Shown here: piece after piece, positions 49,882 through 63,376 of the stretch
Numbering within the stretch: the first letter of the stretch is position 1
Layout: each line of letters starts with the position of its first letter
Source: Octopus sinensis
Lineage: Eukaryota
Reading direction: 5' to 3'
Assembly (NCBI RefSeq): GCF_006345805.1
Contig: NC_043000.1
Location: forward strand, 58,714,001-58,778,000
DNA length: 64,000 bases
Position numbers and translations under genes: made by a program
Notes under the pieces: generated by a model
The model's database searches: none
What the model saw: the letters and a program-made list of their open reading frames with translations, nothing else
Told to the model about the DNA's origin: nothing

Positions 49882-52800
49882 AATTACTTCCACAAAGATA
49901 TGAAAGCATCTTTTAACAGAGACAACAGCCTGGTCTCATTGAATAGCAACATATTTTTTGATGATCTTGCATGTGAACCTGTTATATCGCAATACTACAC
50001 AGTGGCTGTGTGAGTCACGAAATCCTCATCGCCACTGTTATATCACATGTTCGGATGACCCCTTCTCAACTCCTTAACGTCTAGACTTCTCCCTCTATAT
50101 CTATGTATTGGGCTAGCCTACTTCATTGTCTGGGGGCATCAACACAACAGAACCATATAGCTATAACATAGCTAAATTATATCTCAAAGGAGAAACTCTC
50201 TCTTCGGGTTCAAACACTACTCTAATTCTGATCAACTATCGATCCTCTACAAGGCTTAAGTGTATCTCAAATTAAAGTACTGTTCAATATATCAGGAACA
50301 AACATACAAGATTGCAATGAAAATATCCAACTGTTTGGCAAGCCTTTCAATTATCAAAATGTTACCAATGTGCTAGATACATTCTCTGTCTTTTCTATTA
50401 TTACTGCAGTGGTTCCTAAATCTTTAGCAAGATATGTGCCATCAAAGCAACTGCACTTGCCTTTTTTCTTAAAATCCCAACAGCTTCTCACTCCTCCAAA
50501 GCTTATATCAAACATTTTCTGTCTAGTATTGTAGTGTTCTGAAGTTTCCACTCAGGCCAAGTTTTCTCTGGAGAAGTTTAAGCTAAGCACCAACCACATC
50601 AACATTATCACTCTCTGTTCAGACCATAAAAACTCCAGTAAAATCATTATGAAACCAAAAAACATCATAAATAATTCATCTTTTACTTGTTTCAGTCATT
50701 AGACTGTGGCCATGCTGGAGTACTACCTTGCAGAGTTTGTTGAAATGTCTTGAATTAAACTGAACCTTACCTGTCAGTGAAGCCATATAAGTCTTTTAAA
50801 TGCTGTTTTAATACCAATAAAAGAATACAGCCCTGGGAAATTCTGCAAATTTCTTGCAAAGGTTGAATGTTGCAACTTTGCAGCTTTTCTGCAATGAAAA
50901 ATGAAGCATGAATATTTAAAAAGGCAACAAAACTTACAATTAAAAGTTCAGACATCTTAACCCCTTCATTACCATATTTCTGTTGATATACAGTGCTTTT
51001 GCTTCAATTAATTTTTAAAATAATGAAGAATTTAGTAAAATTATTTTCTTGTTATTAAGTTGATGCTTGGAACATCTCAGCATGAAATTTTGAGGGAAAG
51101 TTTTAATTTAGATAACTGTAAAACAAGAAGTTTATATCATATAGAACCAAGGTGTTCTTAGGTGGGTTGGCATCAAAAGTGTTAGTAAACTGAAAATTGA
51201 TAGTCCTTTCCACTATACACACACAGCCTGAAATTTTGGTGGAGGGAGTTAATTGATTACATCAATCCCAATGCTCAACTGTTACTTATTTCACTGACTC
51301 CAAAAGGATGAAAGACAAAGTCGACCTCAGTAGGGTTAGACAATATGACGGAATAAGCAGAATCTTGAGATTCTGCACAGTTTCTGCTGACCCAATTTCA
51401 CTTACATGGCTCAGGTTACCAGAGGTAGTGGAAAAGTAAAAGACCCCCTTCGGTCATGAATGACCATGGGATTGCACCTAGAAAGTTACCCTCCTAGACA
51501 CAAGTCCGGGCAAGGTTGTTTATGGAAGACCAGCAGTCGCCCATGCATACCAGCCTCCCCTCTCCACGCCACCAGTGTTATCCAAGGGAAAGACAAAGGT
51601 CGATACAGCTTGGCACCAGTGACGTCGCAGCTCATTTCTACAGCTGAGTGAACTGGAGCAACGTGAAATAAAGTGCTTTGCTCAAGAACACAACACGCAG
51701 CCCGGTCCAGGATTCGAGCTCACAACCTCACGATCGTAAGCTCGACGCTCTAACCACTGAGCCATGCGCCTTCACGCAAAGTAGAAAAGTAGACCTACCC
51801 AAAAGCGCCACACATTAGAAATTACATAACTGTAAAGTGAACATCTTAACTGTTTCACTTCACATTTGGTTATGTCAATTAATGCAAAACTACTTTTAAT
51901 CATTTTCTATTGTTTAACACATTGCACCTCTTTTGTTAAATTAATCTAAAACTAAAAGACTTTATTACTCTTTATACTTATTCCACAATTACAGCCAAAG
52001 ATAACTGAACATACAAATGTAATGGCATTTACCCATTAAAGTTTCTATATCTTCTTCTTCTTCATCATCATAAAAATCTTTTTTCCTTTTATCACTATTT
52101 TGATTTGAGTTATTTTTCATAAATATTCCCTGAAACAAAAAAAAATGCAATATTATATAAATTTTTTCTCTGGTTTTCAGAATACATTTGTGAGTAATAG
52201 AGAAGAAACCATCAAGTATGCTAAGAAACAACGCAAAAAAGAAAAAAGGGGCATTTCATATCATGAAGTTAATAAGTAAATTTAAAGTTTAAATTAATGG
52301 AAACAGACAAAAGAAATACTCATCAATTTTTAGTGCAAATTACTTTAACTCTTTAGCATTTTGACCAGCCAAATCTGGCCCAAATATTCTATATGGTTTG
52401 TCTTCAAACTGACTAGATCTGACCTCTCATACCTATACTACAATGTCATTTTGAAAATAAACAATCACCTCATTGAAATATTGAAACTGCAAGATAATGC
52501 ATGATTAATTAAAGACAATGTAAGAATGCTAAAGGGTTCATGTGTTACAAGAAATTTCTATCAATTTTCTTAATGTACTGAAAACAATAACAATCAAGTA
52601 TTATAAAAAATTCTGAACAAAGAAAGAAAAATACTTACTTCTTTGAAAGACTGTAACAAATTTGATCCTGAGACTGATACAATGATGTCTATTTGGTGAA
52701 TGATAAATAAAGGTTCATCTTGTGTTTGGTAAGGAAAGAACGCCAAATTGTCAGCAACATATAACAACTCTTCTAATGATACTCTCTGAAATAATAAAAT

Positions 52801-55800
52801 ATCATCAAATGATAATATAGAGTGCAATTAAATAAGACAAATGGAAATGTTTATTTGACAAATTCAACATCAGAAACCTATAGTTTGCTTTCAGTTGTTT
52901 TGTTTACCTTTCTTTAAGAATCAGTGAAATCTCAATATCATAACAAATAACTTATTTATGAACTAAACAGCTCCCACCCATCCATCACCAATATAATCTG
53001 ACACCATCCTCTTCACTGTTTTTGCATCTACTTTTTTCATGCTGGCATGGATTACATAAAACTTAAGAGAGTTTTGAAATTTTATAACCTGGTTTATATT
53101 GAATAATCCACTGAGGAACTACAAAAAAAAAAAAAAAAAAAGTCCCAATCCTAGAATGTTTCAGAGTCCCAAGTTTGAAACGCAACATGGCAAATACCAA
53201 AAGTTCTAATTAGAGACAGAAAGCACAAAATATCAATACCATTTGTGAAGTGGCTTTATTTGATGTAAGGATGACAGTTGGTAGAAACTTGATACTATGC
53301 CGTAGTCAGTGCAAGCAAAAAGATACACAAAAGATACAAAACCTCAGGATGCTGCATCTCACAGATGAAATAATAAAGGATCGCAACAGGTAGTGTATGG
53401 TAAACCTACCCAACCAATACCAGCAGAGAAAAATAAAAGAGATGGCAATTGTAGCAACAACAACAGCAATGATGATGATGACTTGATTAATTTTTTTCTT
53501 TGTTATAAAGAATATCTAACACTTAATGACTAACTAAAATATCTGTTTATTGGACCAAAACTAAATCTAGCTAAAAATAGAGGTACCAGTGTTACTCAGT
53601 AGTAAAGATATCAATATTGCTAACAACAGTCAAAAAATATATATAATAGACTCTTTAATTATTTTTTCTCAGATTCATTTCCAAATGTCACAGGGACTAT
53701 ATTTACCAAGTCAAATGAAATCATAATTAAGAATTAAACACCCATAAACAATTTGTTCTAACATTTATGCAAATTAAAGCAATAAAAATGTACAAATTTG
53801 CATAACATATTAAAACAAACTAAGGATTAAATACTAGAAAACATATTTTTAATAACTAAAAAGATTAACATTTTCTTTTATTTTTTAAAGATCTTTTTGA
53901 GACATTGCTCAAAGTATATAACCGAATTAAATATTAGTGACTTACAGCAGAATCATCAAATAAATTTAACACTGAAGTGAGAAGCCCTCGCCTGTGTTGT
54001 CTGTTTCCTCTAAGGACAGTGTAAAGGAATGCATTTAGACTTTGATAGGAATTATCCATGTTTCTAAGGCCACGGACCGGCTCTGAGGGGTCTTGAATGA
54101 TACTTTGTATTTTGTAGGACATCTTAATTCCTTGAAGAGCCTTCATCTAATGAAAAGCAAAAATAATCCCAAATTGAATACATGAAAATAAGTATACAGA
54201 TATTTTATAATCAACAACTATACTCAACGAAAAATTATGAAAATAATATGCAAATACATCATACTGATTTTACCTCCAAAAAATAATTTTTACTTTATCT
54301 ACAATCTAAACCCAAAAGAAAAATTAATTTTGAAGTTTACAGAACTTTCAATTCATTTGATTCCATAATTATAATCAGAAAAATTTATTTTTATTTTGTA
54401 AAAATTAGATTTTACAAAATTATTTATCCCGTATTTCTGAAAAATTTAAATTTAAATTTAAAATAGGAATTTCAATGACAAAATAATGTTGATTTTAAAA
54501 AAGCAATTGATAAAATTCCTTTATTATTTATCTGTATATTTTAAATGGTATTTTAGCTTGGAATCAGATGTCATGACATTAAAGTATATATGCCTGAGAA
54601 CTTAGTGACAATTCTAGTTTTTATTAATAACATACACTATTAGTTTTATAAAGCAATCTAAAGATTTGCTATATATAAATCAGCTTACATGAATGAAACC
54701 AGGATATTTCTTATCTATCTCTTGTAGCTGTTGATCAGCTTTAATCCTGACAGCAGCTTCACTTTCTGTTCCCATAGTTATAAGGTAAGGTACACACTGA
54801 AAAATCAAGTTTTTATGGTATTAATTTTACAGTAGTTACTTCTGCTCCTTCTCCCTCTCACTATATCATACATGCTCTAAACCAAAAAATCCCATTTGAA
54901 TCATAATCAACACAACCATTTTAACATCAATTTTCCATGCTTGCATATGACAAAAGTTTGTTGAGGCAGATTTCTCTATGGCTAAATGCTCTTCTCCTCA
55001 CTAACACTTTACTTATTTCCAAGTAAACAAACATGTCCAAACATGCTTTCATGGAGGATTGTATATAAATGACACAATGTGCGAGATAGTGACCTTTGTT
55101 TACGATAAGCACACACAGACATCAAGTGGAGGGGGATATAGGCACATACTTCTGCGCGCGTGCACACACACACACACACACACACGCACGCACGCAAGCA
55201 ATCATTCACACACACACACACACAATGGGCTTCTTTCAGATGATGATGGGGTTTAGAGTCTTCAGGCACCTCATCCATAGGGTCCTATCAGAATCAACTG
55301 TCATTGTAATTCTTGCTGAATTCCATGTGTATGACCAACTGAGATTTTGGATATCATTCATCTTGTTTTTGGTCTGCCCCTCGGTCTCCTGCTGGTTGGC
55401 TTGGCCTGAAGAATCCATCTTGCAATTCTTTCCTACAATATTCTAATCACATGCCCATAGTACCAGAGCTGGGACCTCTCAATGCAGAAAAGTAGCAGCT
55501 CAATGTAGAGAGACTCCCTGATCTCCAAGCCACACACCCTGTTAAATAACATTACTCCAAAGCTCGTTTGGAAGAACCCTATTTCAACTGCTTGTGTTTG
55601 CAATTATACTCTTTCAGTCATTACCCAAAATTTATGATCTTTGTTCAAAACATATGAACTTGCTTATTTCAAAAATAAACGCTACTGTTTTCAATAAAAA
55701 AAAGTGCAATGACACCTACTTGTACAGGATGAATTAGGCCTTGCCGTAGAACAAGATGTATAACATCCAATGCAGCTCCACGTACTTGAGAATTGGCACA

Positions 55801-58800
55801 AATAAAAGATTCAAGAATCTGTTTGAGATAAACTTGTATTATTGTACTAGCCATTCTGAAATAAAACAGAACAGGAATGAAATAAAAATTACATCATATG
55901 CTATGTAATTTCATTAAAAATATTTAACATAAGTTTCATTGTGATCAAAGAAAATTCGGCAACCAAATTTATCAGGTTTTGGATGTTGATGCAGTAAACT
56001 AAATTATACAATTGATGGTTTGTAACCCAATGTAGCCTGCAACAAATCAAATATCTGGATGATAAAAATTATGCACACACATATGGCTTCCATTTCATAA
56101 AGTCTCTGTTTTGTGTGCTTATGGCAGCAGTTGTGAAAAAGTGATTAAAACTGAAAAAAATTTACTTTAAACATCAACAGATACAGAGCAGCTCTCACTA
56201 CCACATGCAAGTTAGACAAATGAAACAAAGTGTTTTATATATACTAGCAGAAAGATTGTGTAACATATATATTATCTCAACTTTTCGTATACATTCAAAA
56301 ACACCATCCAATGTACCCTTGCCTCATGTATAATGGATGCTTGGGTGTAAATACACACGCACATACACACACATGTGGCAATATCCTTACTGAATCTTTA
56401 CTAAATTATTAGGGACTGTTTTGTGCAGTATCTATGATCAGGACACTTAACTTTCAAATGCTCAACCTGTTAAGATATAATGGTTATAACATGGTGGAAT
56501 ACTTTGCGTCTGCAAAAATCGCAGTATTATAAAGTTTGCTTTTTGTTGGTTCATTATGTTTAATTGTAGTTTTCTTGTGCCTACAGCCACAATAAAAAAC
56601 ACTAACAGCTTAGTTCTACTTTTATTTCTGTCATCACAGCCACCTACCATCAGAGTGAATTCAAAAATCAACAAGTATTAGAAGTTGAGAAAATGTCAAC
56701 ATACCCAGACTGTACGTCACCCATGTCTCTTAGATCTTCAGCTTTACACTGTTTTCTCCCTGAAACAAAAAATAATATTAATTGTAAATCACAACATTGA
56801 CATTTTCAAAACTAACTGCCACTTACAAAGGCAGCTATTTAACATTTCAAAAACACAAATCACAATTACTTCAAATATCTTCCAACAGATAATTTCTTCC
56901 CTCCAACTACAGTGGATCACTGGATGCTGAAACTAAGTAACTCATCCCTGAGAACATTATGTTCAGGGTTATCAGAACCAAAATGCTAAAATTCTACTAA
57001 ATTCAACATTTCAGACTTTAAAGACGGCCACAATATTTCAATGGTAATTAACTATCTAGATTATATAAGTGGCATACTGCTTGGCAGCTTCCTGATTCAG
57101 TATTAAGGATAAATCCTTTTATGAATGCAAAAGCAGAATGAATAGATGTTACCAACAATGCCAAAGAAATTTTTGAGATTAAAACAATTGAGTCTACATA
57201 ACTGTGCACTTCCCAAAATCTTAAAAATTGAACTAAATTATCTTGTTTATCTGCTGTATATTTGCAGATATCATACACTTTCTACAGAAGAATTATGGAT
57301 GAATAATCAGGAATATTTTTTTATTTATCTTAAACAAAAAGCAACAGAACTTTCTTTTAACAAGGTATGAATAGCAAATTTTACTGATTAATGAAAATAA
57401 ATATCATAAAATAACCTATTAATAGTTAATCAAGGAAAGAATAAAGCTAATCAGATAATTTTAATGAAGAAAGTAACCCCACTCTCATATTATATTTGGT
57501 GTTTATTTGACATTTTCACATCAATTAATTTCAAATCTGAAAGATCAAATGAATTACATTACAAACCTATATTACAAATTAAGAATAAAAGATTGTAGAA
57601 TAGTCAAACTCAGGAAACTTACATTCTGCATCAGCTTGAATCATCTTGACTTCTTCTTCAACTAAATAACCATGAAGGTTTTTCAAAGCCTACATTAAAA
57701 AAATAATAATAATAATTGCTACAAAATGTCTACAAAGACATAGGAAACAGAATATAATTTAGCACAAACATATACATCAAAATTTTTCTAAATAATTGTC
57801 AAGAATTTTAATCTCATTCCAATATAGTTTCATCCAAAGAAGTTTTTATCTATGATATTTAAATTCTTTAGAAAATTTTTAATTAGCAGATACAAGTACC
57901 ATAAACATTCTTAAAACTTGTTGCAATGAACCTAATAAATCTAAATAAATCTTTACTTTTGACATAAATCACACAAGATGGAGTGATATTTTGTGTATGA
58001 GAATGTGTGACTAATGTACACATTTCTTTAGATGAATGTATTAATTAACTATTTTATGTATCAACTGTAAGTAATATTTTAATTGGTAAAATATGCTTAA
58101 AGAACAAAGAAAAACATACTTGAATTTTTAGTTTCATTGATGCATTATAGTCAGTCAGAAGATAATAATAAAGCTCTTTAAGGGTCCTCCCAAGCATGTA
58201 CTCATAATGACGGATACACATGAAACCTAAAACAAAATACAATTTGAAGATAAGCTCAATCAGTTATACTGAAACTATACTTTCATGGTATTGCAGATAT
58301 AAATACTGAATTATCTGTCATATTTCCATGTAATCAAGGCAAATAAGTCATGAATTTTTTTTTCTTTTTAAATTCTAGGAATTAATTGGAAAATCAGTAG
58401 CAGTAAAAAGATAGTAGTAACTCAATTTTGAAATATTTATACGCTTGTATTCTTTCCAATATAATTAATAGAATACTCGAACTTAGATTGCTTTATAACA
58501 GTAAAGTTTCATTTTAAACAAAGGTGACATTTTGTTATACATATTTGTTTGTAATTTAGGCTCAAGGCCAAAAATTCCAATGCTATCAATCCCAGTACTT
58601 GATTGACTATTTTATCAACTCTGAAAGGATAAAAAACTAAGTTGCACTTGTCAAAATTTGAACTCAGTATGAGCTGGAATGAATACCACAAAGCATTTTT
58701 TCAAATGCATTAATAATTCTACTAAACGAATTACATCTATGAATTACAACTTAATAGATAAATGTAAATCATCACTTTCAGTGAAAACCCAGAAGTCTAA

Positions 58801-61800
58801 CTGAACATTTAATTTTAAATTTACAGCAAATGTAGAAGGCACATAATAAGTTGACACTTGTTTTGTTAAAAGTTATAAACCACAAATGGATTAATTTATA
58901 AGTGAAATTAAACTTTTATTAATTTTCTACAAGAACAACTTATTTAAAAATGTGACAATAGAATAAAATTTGATCAAAAAGACAATATTTTTCCTCGTCT
59001 TAAATTTACTCCTTTTATATTTAAATTTATACTTTAGTCATATCCCAAGTACAATAGAATATTCCATTAAAGGAGAAACTGAGTCATTTAATAGGAGACA
59101 AAGAAACATGACAAATTGATAGGGAACCAAAGAATATTGTTCAACACTATGATGGATAAGTTGACCATATTTAAAATAACCAACAATATCTTGCTGCAGA
59201 TCTATGCCCCATATATAGCAATCCAAAATCCAGAAATTTTAGTTTTATAAAAAGGATATTATTTTAAAAACCAATAAGAAAATTTCACTTACCTAAACCT
59301 GTGAGAGCTTTTATGCGCACATCTTCATCTTCGTGGGCAATAAAATATGAAAGAACATCAAAAACCCGATCCTTAATGGAAACCTGTGATCAACAGAATA
59401 CAATCCTCATTAATTTTTGTCTATAAATTGAAAATTCTTGTAGAACATAGGTAACTACTTTACTCTTAATTTCTGTTGCTTAAAATAAAGGACCAATATG
59501 TCATAAACAATGAATAGTGGTTTCAAATTTTGGCACAAGACCAACAGTTTTGGGGAATGGGGCAAGTCAATTATATCAACCCAGTGTTTAACTAGTACTT
59601 ATTTCATCAACCCTGAAAAAATGAAAGTAAAGTTGACCTTGGTGAAATCTGAACTCAAAATGTGAAGATGAACGAAATGCCACTAAGCATTTTGCCTGGC
59701 ATGTTAAAAATTCTGCCAGTTTTCCACCTTATAAACAACTAATATTGATGAATATAAACAAGCATATAGCGTGCATGCGCATGTATGCATGCGAGTGTAA
59801 AGTGTAAGTTTGAGAGGACCTGTTAGAAACTTTTAGTGAAATGTGGTCCTCCAACTAGGAGAGCAGCATTGACCCATCTAACCCATGGCAGTATGGAAAG
59901 TGAATATGAAATGATGCTGATGATATATCATTACATCATTTTCCATTTTTCCATGTTACCATGAGATGGACAGATCAGCACAATTCTAATCAGTTATTAT
60001 TCAAAGTAATTAACTACCTAGATTTCTACTCTTGTTTCTCAACACAGAAGAGGCTTTGCTGGCCACTGCAAATGTGCTAAGTATCAGGCCATATCAGAAG
60101 TAATATTTTGGAGACTTCTGCTCCCTGATAGAGAATGAAGATCACTCAATTACATTTATGTACAACATGAAACTGTGGAACCCTGGGGCAGGTTAGTATG
60201 GTGAAATGTTTCAGTAGCCACTTCAACAATAAGACTCTCCTAGATGGGTTAGAGATCAAGTTTCATTGATACATTCTGTTTTTGACAGAATTTTTTTGAC
60301 TGGAGGCCCTTCCTAACACCAATTATTTTACTGAGTGTACTGAATGCATTTTATCATGGCACCAGAAGTAGAGATATTGTTATGTCCACAGTAAGACTAT
60401 ATGGTGTTCTCAACCCCACATTGTTTCCATTTATTCACCAACCTCAACATTGGATTAACAGATTTGTCTTATTTTGACACCAGCACAAGTAAAGTTGCTT
60501 TCTATCCTACAAGTCAGGAAAGTCCTACCTACTCTACATTTTCCCTGTTTATTCAAGGTGGGGTGAACAAGAGAGATAATATAAGACAGAGCAATAGCAG
60601 AAGAATTCTATTGAAAATGCAAGATCAATATATATAATTGCATATTAAATACTAATGAATGATATGTATATTAAGTATTGTATAGATTGTTATTGTATAT
60701 TTTTATATCATTTATTGCTTAGGCAACAATAAGATTTATATGCAATAAAAATGCAAATCATCCTTTCTTTCTTAAATTGCTCCTCCTAATCTTTTTCATT
60801 CTGTGGAACTAGGGATCCTACTAGTCCACTAGTCCACTGGTAAAATTATGGAACTCTCCTATGGGAAAGTATCAGGATTCTGAAATTACGAGTTATGCTA
60901 ATGAGAAAAACAGAAAAAAAAATTTGAACAACAAAAATTAGGTATTATACATGCTGCACATTGCTATGTTATAATAACTATAGCTACCTATGAGTTGTCT
61001 GGTTGTACTGTATGTACTACAAGGGAAAGTTATGGGAGAAAACACTTGCCCAAAGTGCAGCAGAACAGAAACAAACCCACAGCTATGTGGTTACCAAGCA
61101 AACTTCTTAATGACATAGCCAACCTTACACCAATCTAAAACCAATCACTCAGGTTCATTTCAGGCATTTGAAATGCCCTTTTTTTTTTACACTCACACAA
61201 ATTACACGTCTTTCTACTAAGTACAACTATTTTCCTACCATCATCAACAAGTTCAAATTATTGTATATTAACCCTTTCTCTATATTTCAAGCATAACCTA
61301 AGTCACTCATGTGATTTTGTTTATTAATGTTGTTCAAAACAATACAGTAGCTTACCTTTGTTTCACCCATATCTTTGGAATCAAAATCAAAGTGCCTACA
61401 CAACAAACCAACTGTGAATAAAGCCCGTAATAAAGTAGGTCTTCTGCTCACAAGAGTTGGATTATCAGGATTTTTCTTATGATCAGCCATCAATTTAGAC
61501 AGGACACCTGAAGAATGTTAATACAAAAAATAAATATATACACATACACACACATGTATATATGCACATATATTAGAAAAACTCACAGAAACAATTACAT
61601 ACAAAGTCTAGCTGTCCAAAAAGAGAAACTGAACTTTTGAAACTGCATCAATTATTTGCTGCAGCTTTATAGTAACTGCAGTGCTGCACATGGATGATCT
61701 TGATTATCAGTATAATAATAGTCATATCAGTTAGTCAATCATCCATTTATATGCTCAAAAGTGAATGTAGGTTTACTACACTGGGTGATTTGTAGTAAGT

Positions 61801-62635
61801 CAAACAATGGATTTGAAAGAAAAACATGTGAAAATCTATCTCAAATTAGGAAAGACTTTTACAGAGACATCTCTAAAGCTGTAGCAAATGGGGAGAGGAT
61901 TGTTTGAACTGTATGTAATGCATTGTAGGAATAACACCTATAAATGATAAGCCAAAGTGAGTACTGTGACCTATGAAAATCATTATATAACTATCCCATA
62001 AAGTTTTAGAACAAATAGGAATCTGTTAAAATTTCTGTCACATAATTTCCAAATTGTAGAGAGTTTTCTGACAAGTGAATAAAAAGAGAACCAAGTTATA
62101 GTCAGTCTGCGTCATTATTCAAGTGCTGGTGTAAACTTTCAGGAAAATGCCATAACAAGTGACAAAATGTGAGTATATGGCTACAATATTGACACCAAAA
62201 AGTAGTAATTGCAGTGGGTTGATCTTTCTGCCATGACCAAATAAAGTACAGCAGAACCCCTCAAATGTAAAGATTATGTCAGCCTTTTTTAATTAGAAGT
62301 CCGTCATTCATTGTGAGCTTTTCACATTGGCAGACAGTTCGTGAAAAGTTTTCTGAGATGTCCTGAAGCATTTGAGAAAAGCAGTGCAAAAAAGAGGCCT
62401 GAAATTTGGACAAATAATACCCAGATGCTGTACTGTGATAACAGGAGCTACTCCCATGTTACTTTATCTGGGGCATTTTGACAGAAGCATAAGATGATTC
62501 TTAACAACCAGCCAGTTTACTTTCCGGAACTAGACTCTGCAAACGTTTTTGTTCCCAAACCCAAAATCAGACAACATACGACATATTTATATATGTGTGT
62601 GTGTGTGTATGCATATATATGTATGTGTGTGTGTG

Positions 62636-62683
<48 letters not shown>

Positions 62684-63376
62684 AGCTACCAAGAAAAAGT
62701 ATTCTAAATGCATCCCAAAAATGGGGGGAAAGGGGGGGGGATGTTGGAAACAATGTACCAATAGTGAAGAGAAATATTTTGAAGGAGACATTCTGAGTAA
62801 AGTGATAAATTTACTTTTTAAAAAGTTCTTTCTTTTTGGACAGATAAATTCATACAAGACAGATAGATGCCAACATACTCACAAGACAGACAAATATTAA
62901 GAGATACTAATAAAATATACGCTACATAAAACATATATAACACAATTACTTTAGCATTCAGATTATTCTGTCAAATGTAATGCTTATTTATTCACATCAA
63001 TTTGGATTAGTCATGCATTATCCTGTAGCTTTGAAATTTCAATGATGTGAGTATTTATTTCTGGAATAATATTGTAGGGTAAGTGTGAGAGCCCAGATCT
63101 GGTCAGTTTGAACATAAAACTAGTAGAATATTTTGGCTGGATATGGCTGGTTTAAATGATAAAGGGTTAAATAAGAAAGCACTGGTTTTATTATTGATAA
63201 AGGTAAATGGAATAACAGTACAAAGCAAATGAAAACTGCATTCAAAATATACAAAAATATAAATTTTCATCAATATACTAACCAAAGAATTTTTGAAAAC
63301 AGTCTTTGACCAGCCTGTAATTATGACTGACATTGTTCACAACAGCTCCTAAACAACTCACACAACTCTGCAACAC
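45582..63376 (-). CDS. NIPBL: Nipped-B-like protein (cohesin loader), C-terminal 15 coding exons; 5' part lies beyond the window
   Basis: Hand-spliced join (minus strand): 63376-63283, 61507-61356, 59383-59293, 58226-58120, 57689-57623, 56759-56705, 55855-55720, 54796-54689, 54146-53946, 52785-52639, 52129-52033, 50888-50771, 48402-48231, 47425-47240, 45785-45582. All introns are GT-AG, phases are compatible, total 1935 nt. Peptides match NIPBL HEAT/Nipped-B_C motifs: [87 protein letters not shown]. Confidence 0.96.
46958..47184. mobile_element. piggyBac-like MITE family (TTAACCCTTTAGCATT...AATGCTAAAGGGTTAA), intronic
   Basis: Decayed TIRs with TTAA/CCC ends. Other copies at 52345-52540 (opposite orientation) and 62946-63170. 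Confidence 0.6.
47240..47425 (-). CDS. NIPBL: NIPBL exon ([18 protein letters not shown]...DGIKPK)
   Basis: TTTTAG acceptor, AAG|GTATAT donor, 186 nt. Continues the YLDFKxLM motif. Confidence 0.9.
48231..48402 (-). CDS. NIPBL: NIPBL exon ([21 protein letters not shown]...LVEEYLD)
   Basis: TTTCAG acceptor, GAT|GTAAGA donor, 172 nt. Confidence 0.94.
50771..50888 (-). CDS. NIPBL: NIPBL exon ([40 protein letters not shown])
   Basis: TTGCAG acceptor, AG|GTAAGG donor, 118 nt. Confidence 0.94.
51439..51779 (-). mobile_element. young SINE family C in a NIPBL intron
   Basis: Full length, CpGs retained, TSD AGTGGAAAAGTA (51427-38) / AGTAGAAAAGTA (51780-91). Confidence 0.85.
52033..52129 (-). CDS. 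NIPBL: NIPBL exon, acidic linker ([32 protein letters not shown])
   Basis: TTTCAG acceptor, G|GTAAAT donor, 97 nt. Phase fits both neighbours. Confidence 0.85.
52639..52785 (-). CDS. NIPBL: NIPBL exon ([20 protein letters not shown]...SNLLQSFKE)
   Basis: TTTCAG acceptor, GAA|GTAAGT donor, 147 nt. Confidence 0.96.
53946..54146 (-). CDS. NIPBL: NIPBL exon ([11 protein letters not shown]...[22 protein letters not shown])
   Basis: TAG acceptor, GCT|GTAAGT donor, 201 nt. Confidence 0.95.
54689..54796 (-). CDS. NIPBL: NIPBL exon ([36 protein letters not shown])
   Basis: TTTCAG acceptor, CAT|GTAAGC donor, 108 nt. Confidence 0.95.
55720..55855 (-). CDS. NIPBL: NIPBL exon ([17 protein letters not shown]...QGLIHPVQ)
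   Basis: TTTCAG acceptor, CAA|GTAGGT donor, 136 nt. Confidence 0.95.
56705..56759 (-). CDS. NIPBL: NIPBL exon ([19 protein letters not shown])
   Basis: TTTCAG acceptor, GG|GTATGT donor, 55 nt. Matches the WKKVAKQEDLKEMGDVSSG-type motif. Too short for the ORF track. Confidence 0.92.
57623..57689 (-). CDS. NIPBL: NIPBL exon ([22 protein letters not shown])
   Basis: TGTAG acceptor, T|GTAAGT donor, 67 nt. Confidence 0.92.
58120..58226 (-). CDS. NIPBL: NIPBL exon ([35 protein letters not shown])
   Basis: TTTTAG acceptor, CAA|GTATGT donor, 107 nt. Confidence 0.92.
59293..59383 (-). CDS. NIPBL: NIPBL exon ([31 protein letters not shown])
   Basis: CACAG acceptor, AG|GTAAGT donor, 91 nt. Confidence 0.93.
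59515..59730 (-). mobile_element. CpG-decayed SINE family B in a NIPBL intron
   Basis: Same family as 35869 with CpG to TpG/CpA changes. Further intronic copies near 47680, 48020, 51220 and 58545. Confidence 0.75.
61356..61507 (-). CDS. NIPBL: NIPBL exon (VLSKLMADH...[16 protein letters not shown])
   Basis: TTCAG acceptor, AAG|GTAAGC donor, 152 nt. Confidence 0.94.
62260..62560 (+). pseudogene. old mariner transposase remnant in a NIPBL intron
   Basis: IMSAFFN..SVIHCEL...[14 protein letters not shown] resembles mariner FFD..GVVHYEF...LRRLREAIRKKRPELW. Confidence 0.5.
63283..63376 (-). CDS. NIPBL: NIPBL exon ([32 protein letters not shown])
   Basis: TTTTAG acceptor, G|GTTAGT donor, 94 nt. 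Matches the [19 protein letters not shown] motif. Confidence 0.92.

Noticed and set aside
51357-51376. Short hairpin GCAGAATCT-TG-AGATTCTGC
   Set aside because: A 9-bp stem is expected by chance in 64 kb of AT-rich DNA, and there is no supporting context.
47680-59730. All five intronic family B SINEs share one orientation (possible avoidance of dsRNA)
   Set aside because: The sample is too small, and intronic piggyBac-like MITEs and family C copies do occur in both orientations.
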